A stretch of 62,133 bases of DNA from a virus. The notes under the pieces are model-generated. The model had not been told where the DNA came from. It searched no databases and saw only the letters and a list, made by a program, of their open reading frames with translations. Below, piece after piece: positions 59,432-62,133 of this stretch. The stretch is taken from the IMG/VR virus record IMGVR_UViG_3300046747_000361; one strand, given 5' to 3'. How positions within the stretch are numbered: the stretch's first letter is position 1; every line of letters begins with the position of its first letter. Made by a program: the position numbers and the translations under genes.

Positions 59432-59916
59432 TACAGGTATGCTCCTAGTTTTGTATCGACACCGGCACAGTTATAGCCAAGCAGAACCATTGGCACCGGA
59501 AACACTTGTGTGTAGCCCACGAACGTAACTGGATTGAGTTCAAGTACGAAGCCGACTTGCTTGGCCGCGTCTCGAGCCGTCCTCCACCACGTACGGTGGG
59601 AACGTGCCGGTGCGAGGACGATACTGCTGCGATAAAGCGAGGCTTCCATGAGCGCTTTCGCGAGCCACTTCTTGAGGTACTTATAGGGCGGGTTGCAGAA
59701 CGTACCGTTAGGCCATGGGTCGAGCAGCCCGTCCCCATGTGACCAGCCTTGCGGTCGAACGAACCCTGACAGGTCAGATGCAGGGCACGGGTCGAACGTA
59801 ATCTGACCGCCGAACACTTCACGTGCGAAGTCAGCAATCACTTCGGGTGTTAGTATCTCTTGTTGACGGTTCTGCCGCTTACCGGTCGCGAAGCCGTCCA
59901 TCGCGTTCCATGTCAT
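59431..59916 (-). CDS. DNA N6-adenine methyltransferase (phage Dam-like family)
   Basis: FCNPPYKYLKKW (NPPY motif), size about 160 aa. Confidence 0.7.
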   Translation of the reverse strand: MTWNAMDGFATGKRQNRQQEILTPEVIADFAREVFGGQITFDPCPASDLSGFVRPQGWSHGDGLLDPWPNGTFCNPPYKYLKKWLAKALMEASLYRSSIVLAPARSHRTWWRTARDAAKQVGFVLELNPVTFVGYTQVFPVPMVLLGYNCAGVDTKLGAYL

Positions 59917-60134
59917 GTTATTGCGTCAAGCTCGTCCCGCGCGTCCTGCAACTCTTGCTTGAGTTGTTCCACGACTGCGAGTGCCTCATTGAGGTGCACT
60001 TTTATGTCCAGTTCGGCCGCCTTTTCAGCGTCCGATTCAATCCCCGCCTGCGCTGCTGTGATGGTCATTTCGAGGACCACTATTTGCGCCTCGAGTACTG
60101 CGATGCGATCCTTAAACCATTGTGTCGTTGTCAT
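59913..60134 (-). CDS. hypothetical coiled-coil protein
   Basis: ORF track. Confidence 0.5.
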   Translation of the reverse strand: MTTTQWFKDRIAVLEAQIVVLEMTITAAQAGIESDAEKAAELDIKVHLNEALAVVEQLKQELQDARDELDAIT

Positions 60135-60727
60135 TTGCTCTTACTGTCCTCGATCGTGTAATGGCGGGGCTTCACGTCCCCATACAAAGTGAATAGATTC
60201 TTCGCGACATTTTCCGCGTTCGAGAACAGTTCATCAAGCTTGTTCAAGCTGGGCGGGCGGTCATCACGCAGTACTCCCCGAAACTCAGCATCGAGCAGAA
60301 TGCCGAGACACGCGCGCGCCGATGCGAGGTGATGCACTTGTGTCACTGGATCACGTTGCTGGCCGAAGAACCATTTGAACGTGTGCCTTGCAGCAGCAGC
60401 GATGTATACAGACGCACGCACGCCCTCGAGCGTCCAGTTGTTCGAGCCGTACTTGAGCACGCCCTCAAGCATCGCCAGTGCCTCTTCGACGAGTGCTGCG
60501 ACTGGTATTGCGTGAAGGGGCGCGCGCGTTGTGCCCGCGATGTCCTTCGGGTTTGAACTCTTCTTGGCTGTTAGCTCGGGAATTGGCTCACCCTCCGGCA
60601 CCAGCGCCATGATCAGTGAGTTCTTCTTCGGGGCGGGCTGGTTGGTGTGATGGTAGAAGAAGGCTTCGTCGTAGCTATCGACCTCGGTGCCTGAGCAGTC
60701 ACCGCACGCGCAATAGAATTTGGCCAT
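60131..60727 (-). CDS. dATP/dGTP pyrophosphohydrolase-like domain protein (DUF5664-type)
   Basis: PLHAIPVAALVEEALAMLEGVLKYGSNNWTLEG...YIAAAARHTFKWFFG...HHLASARACLGILLD. Confidence 0.5.
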   Translation of the reverse strand: MAKFYCACGDCSGTEVDSYDEAFFYHHTNQPAPKKNSLIMALVPEGEPIPELTAKKSSNPKDIAGTTRAPLHAIPVAALVEEALAMLEGVLKYGSNNWTLEGVRASVYIAAAARHTFKWFFGQQRDPVTQVHHLASARACLGILLDAEFRGVLRDDRPPSLNKLDELFSNAENVAKNLFTLYGDVKPRHYTIEDSKSK

Positions 60728-60877
60728 TTAATAGTTCCATAGTGCAAGGCCCAACCAGCCAGGCCAGAGCCAGGACATGCCGATTGCTTCATACCAAGTC
60801 GCGTCTGTCTCTTCACGGAAGTGAACGAGACAACCAGCGAAGCCACCGAGATAACAAGCGAGCACTGCGAACGTCAT
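60728..60877 (-). CDS. 49-aa membrane protein
   Basis: My translation MTFAVLACYLGGFAGCLVHF...WLWPGWLGLALWNY. ATGA overlap upstream. Confidence 0.4.
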   Translation of the reverse strand: MTFAVLACYLGGFAGCLVHFREETDATWYEAIGMSWLWPGWLGLALWNY

Positions 60878-61029
60878 TCTTCTTCGTCCTCGACAATCGA
60901 CTCGTAACTAATAATCAACTCGTTGATAGCGTCGTCGAGCTTGGTCGGTAACGAACTCTTGATCGCATAGTACTCATCGATCACAAGTCCAACCGCGTCC
61001 AACAGTTCTTCTGCCTGGTCTTCGTTCAT
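60874..61029 (-). CDS. 51-aa acidic hypothetical protein
   Basis: Start reassigned to ATG 61029 (ATGA overlap); alternative 61038. Confidence 0.45.
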   Translation of the reverse strand: MNEDQAEELLDAVGLVIDEYYAIKSSLPTKLDDAINELIISYESIVEDEEE

Positions 61030-61367
61030 ACAAGCCATCCCTCCAGTGTCTGTATTGCGTGCTTCGCCCCGTAACACACAGCACAACGGTGACCCAGCGC
61101 AGTCAACGCCTCGAGCCATGCCGTCTGTTCATCGCTTGTCCGCGACCCCTTCACCCGCTTGAGTTCTATGAACACAAGCCCCGACGACAACACGACGAGT
61201 AAATCCGGGAAGCCCCGGCTCACACCCATGCGCTTGTTCTTCGCGAGGGCTGTGTAACTCGTCGTGTATGTCTCGTTAGGCGAGTGGTGAAACCGGATCC
61301 CACGAACTCGTAACCAACTCGCGACCTCGATGTGTTCTAAGTATTCTGTTTTACTGACTGCCACCAC
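61026..61367 (-). CDS. VRR-NUC domain nuclease
   Basis: EHIEVASWLR...GFPDLLVVLSSGLVFIELKRVKGSRTSDEQTAWLEAL. Confidence 0.7.
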   Translation of the reverse strand: MVAVSKTEYLEHIEVASWLRVRGIRFHHSPNETYTTSYTALAKNKRMGVSRGFPDLLVVLSSGLVFIELKRVKGSRTSDEQTAWLEALTALGHRCAVCYGAKHAIQTLEGWLV

Positions 61368-61427
61368 GTATACAACGCATGTCCCAAAACGGCAACGTTA
61401 AAGCCGACAAACGCGCCCACAATAAAA

Positions 61428-61649
61428 TCACTTGTCACGATCTCGATTCCTGTAAAGCAATGCGACCAGTTGCTCGCGGTCAATGGGCGACTCCTCGAGT
61501 GCTTCGACGATGCCTTCCTCCAGTCGCGATATCTCAGCCATGAGTGTCATAGCTAGACGCTCCGCACTGTTGAGTTTAGTGGGGTCTCTCCAGAAGTACT
61601 GCAGCGCAATTGTTATAGCGTCCTTGGCTGTTAGGCGGCCTTGTCCCAT
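61428..61649 (-). CDS. hypothetical protein
   Basis: ORF track. Confidence 0.5.
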   Translation of the reverse strand: MGQGRLTAKDAITIALQYFWRDPTKLNSAERLAMTLMAEISRLEEGIVEALEESPIDREQLVALLYRNRDRDK

Positions 61650-62133
61650 AGCTGAAGTTCTCCGTTTTTATAAACGGGCTCAGCGTTCTTATCGAGCATC
61701 AGTGAAGCCGCGGGCTCCGCGCGCAACTGCACATCGGGCGTGTAGCTCTGCCCGACCTCGACATAGATACGCGTCGCTTCCGTAGCGCTCGCATGTAGCG
61801 TCGCCAGGGGAACCTCTAGCACAATCGAGTCATGAACTGTTAGTACTGGGTGACAGTCGTAGAGCGCTTCACCTGGCTCTGCCAATTCACATGCCCGGCA
61901 GACAGCAGTGTAAGCCATTCCCGCGGCGTCAGCGGCAAGGCCAGAGAAGATCCCGTTGCACGCATCAGGAAACGCGATGTACGCACGTACTCGGTTCGAG
62001 ACAAACTGCCGGATCGAACCAAGCGCCCATCGATTGTTGTCGGGAAAAAATCGAGCAACCGCACTGAAGTACTCCTCTGGATCCCAGCGTGTTTCCCATG
62101 CACGCATGATTTCTGCTGCGCGCCAGTCATCGA
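61631..62133 (-). CDS. Family A DNA polymerase, 3' part (same gene as 1..1544)
   Basis: LTVHDSIVLEV (motif C). The frame is open to the window end. 62007..62133 duplicates 1..127. Confidence 0.9.
   Translation of the reverse strand, partial: DDWRAAEIMRAWETRWDPEEYFSAVARFFPDNNRWALGSIRQFVSNRVRAYIAFPDACNGIFSGLAADAAGMAYTAVCRACELAEPGEALYDCHPVLTVHDSIVLEVPLATLHASATEATRIYVEVGQSYTPDVQLRAEPAASLMLDKNAEPVYKNGELQLWDKAA
62007..62133. repeat. 127-nt terminal overlap identical to 1..127 (circular-assembly signature)
   Basis: Direct base-by-base comparison of both window ends. Confidence 0.95.

Noticed and set aside
62007-62133. Terminal direct repeat as a biological DTR
   Set aside because: The repeat is exactly 127 nt and lies inside the polymerase coding sequence. 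This is typical of an assembler k-mer overlap on a circular contig.
1-62133. CRISPR arrays, rRNA genes, transposases/IS elements, reverse transcriptase (retron/DGR)
   Set aside because: I found no regularly spaced repeat-spacer array, no rRNA-like sequence, no transposase or RT motifs (YxDD) in any credible ORF.

Overview
The window is a complete, circularly closed dsDNA phage genome. Nt 1-127 are identical to nt 62007-62133, so the unique length is 62,006 nt. The genome is GC-rich and gene-dense. No tape-measure, sheath or tube gene is recognisable and there are several large internal-protein-like ORFs, so it is probably short-tailed. It looks temperate, because it carries a tyrosine integrase, a large serine recombinase, an Xis-like HTH protein and an XRE repressor.

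Modules:
- A long leftward replication and nucleotide-metabolism operon starts at about 7872, runs through coordinate 1 and wraps to about 54225. It encodes a family A DNA polymerase split by the window ends, an SF2 helicase, a DEDDh exonuclease, tRNA-Trp, a VRR-NUC nuclease, a Cas4-like nuclease, a Dam-like methyltransferase, a dNTP pyrophosphohydrolase-like protein and a deoxynucleotidase.
- A rightward AEP primase / P-loop helicase gene (7873-10230).
- A leftward early operon of about 25 small genes (10553-16917).
- A roughly 1 kb gene-free control region (16918-17874).
- A rightward morphogenesis block (24849-48095), with a leftward tail-fibre gene (20683-23682).
- A leftward Ro60 (TROVE+vWA) gene followed by a tRNA / tRNA-like RNA cluster (49200-51556).

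Most notable findings:
1. Three hammerhead ribozymes sit in intergenic gaps of the early operon. In each one the upstream gene's UGA stop codon is embedded in helix I. They are accompanied by two other families of repeated structured intergenic elements.
2. A phage Ro60 orthologue is followed by tandem circularly permuted tRNA-like (YrlA-type Y RNA-like) modules.

All product calls rest on motifs I recognised by eye; no database search was possible.
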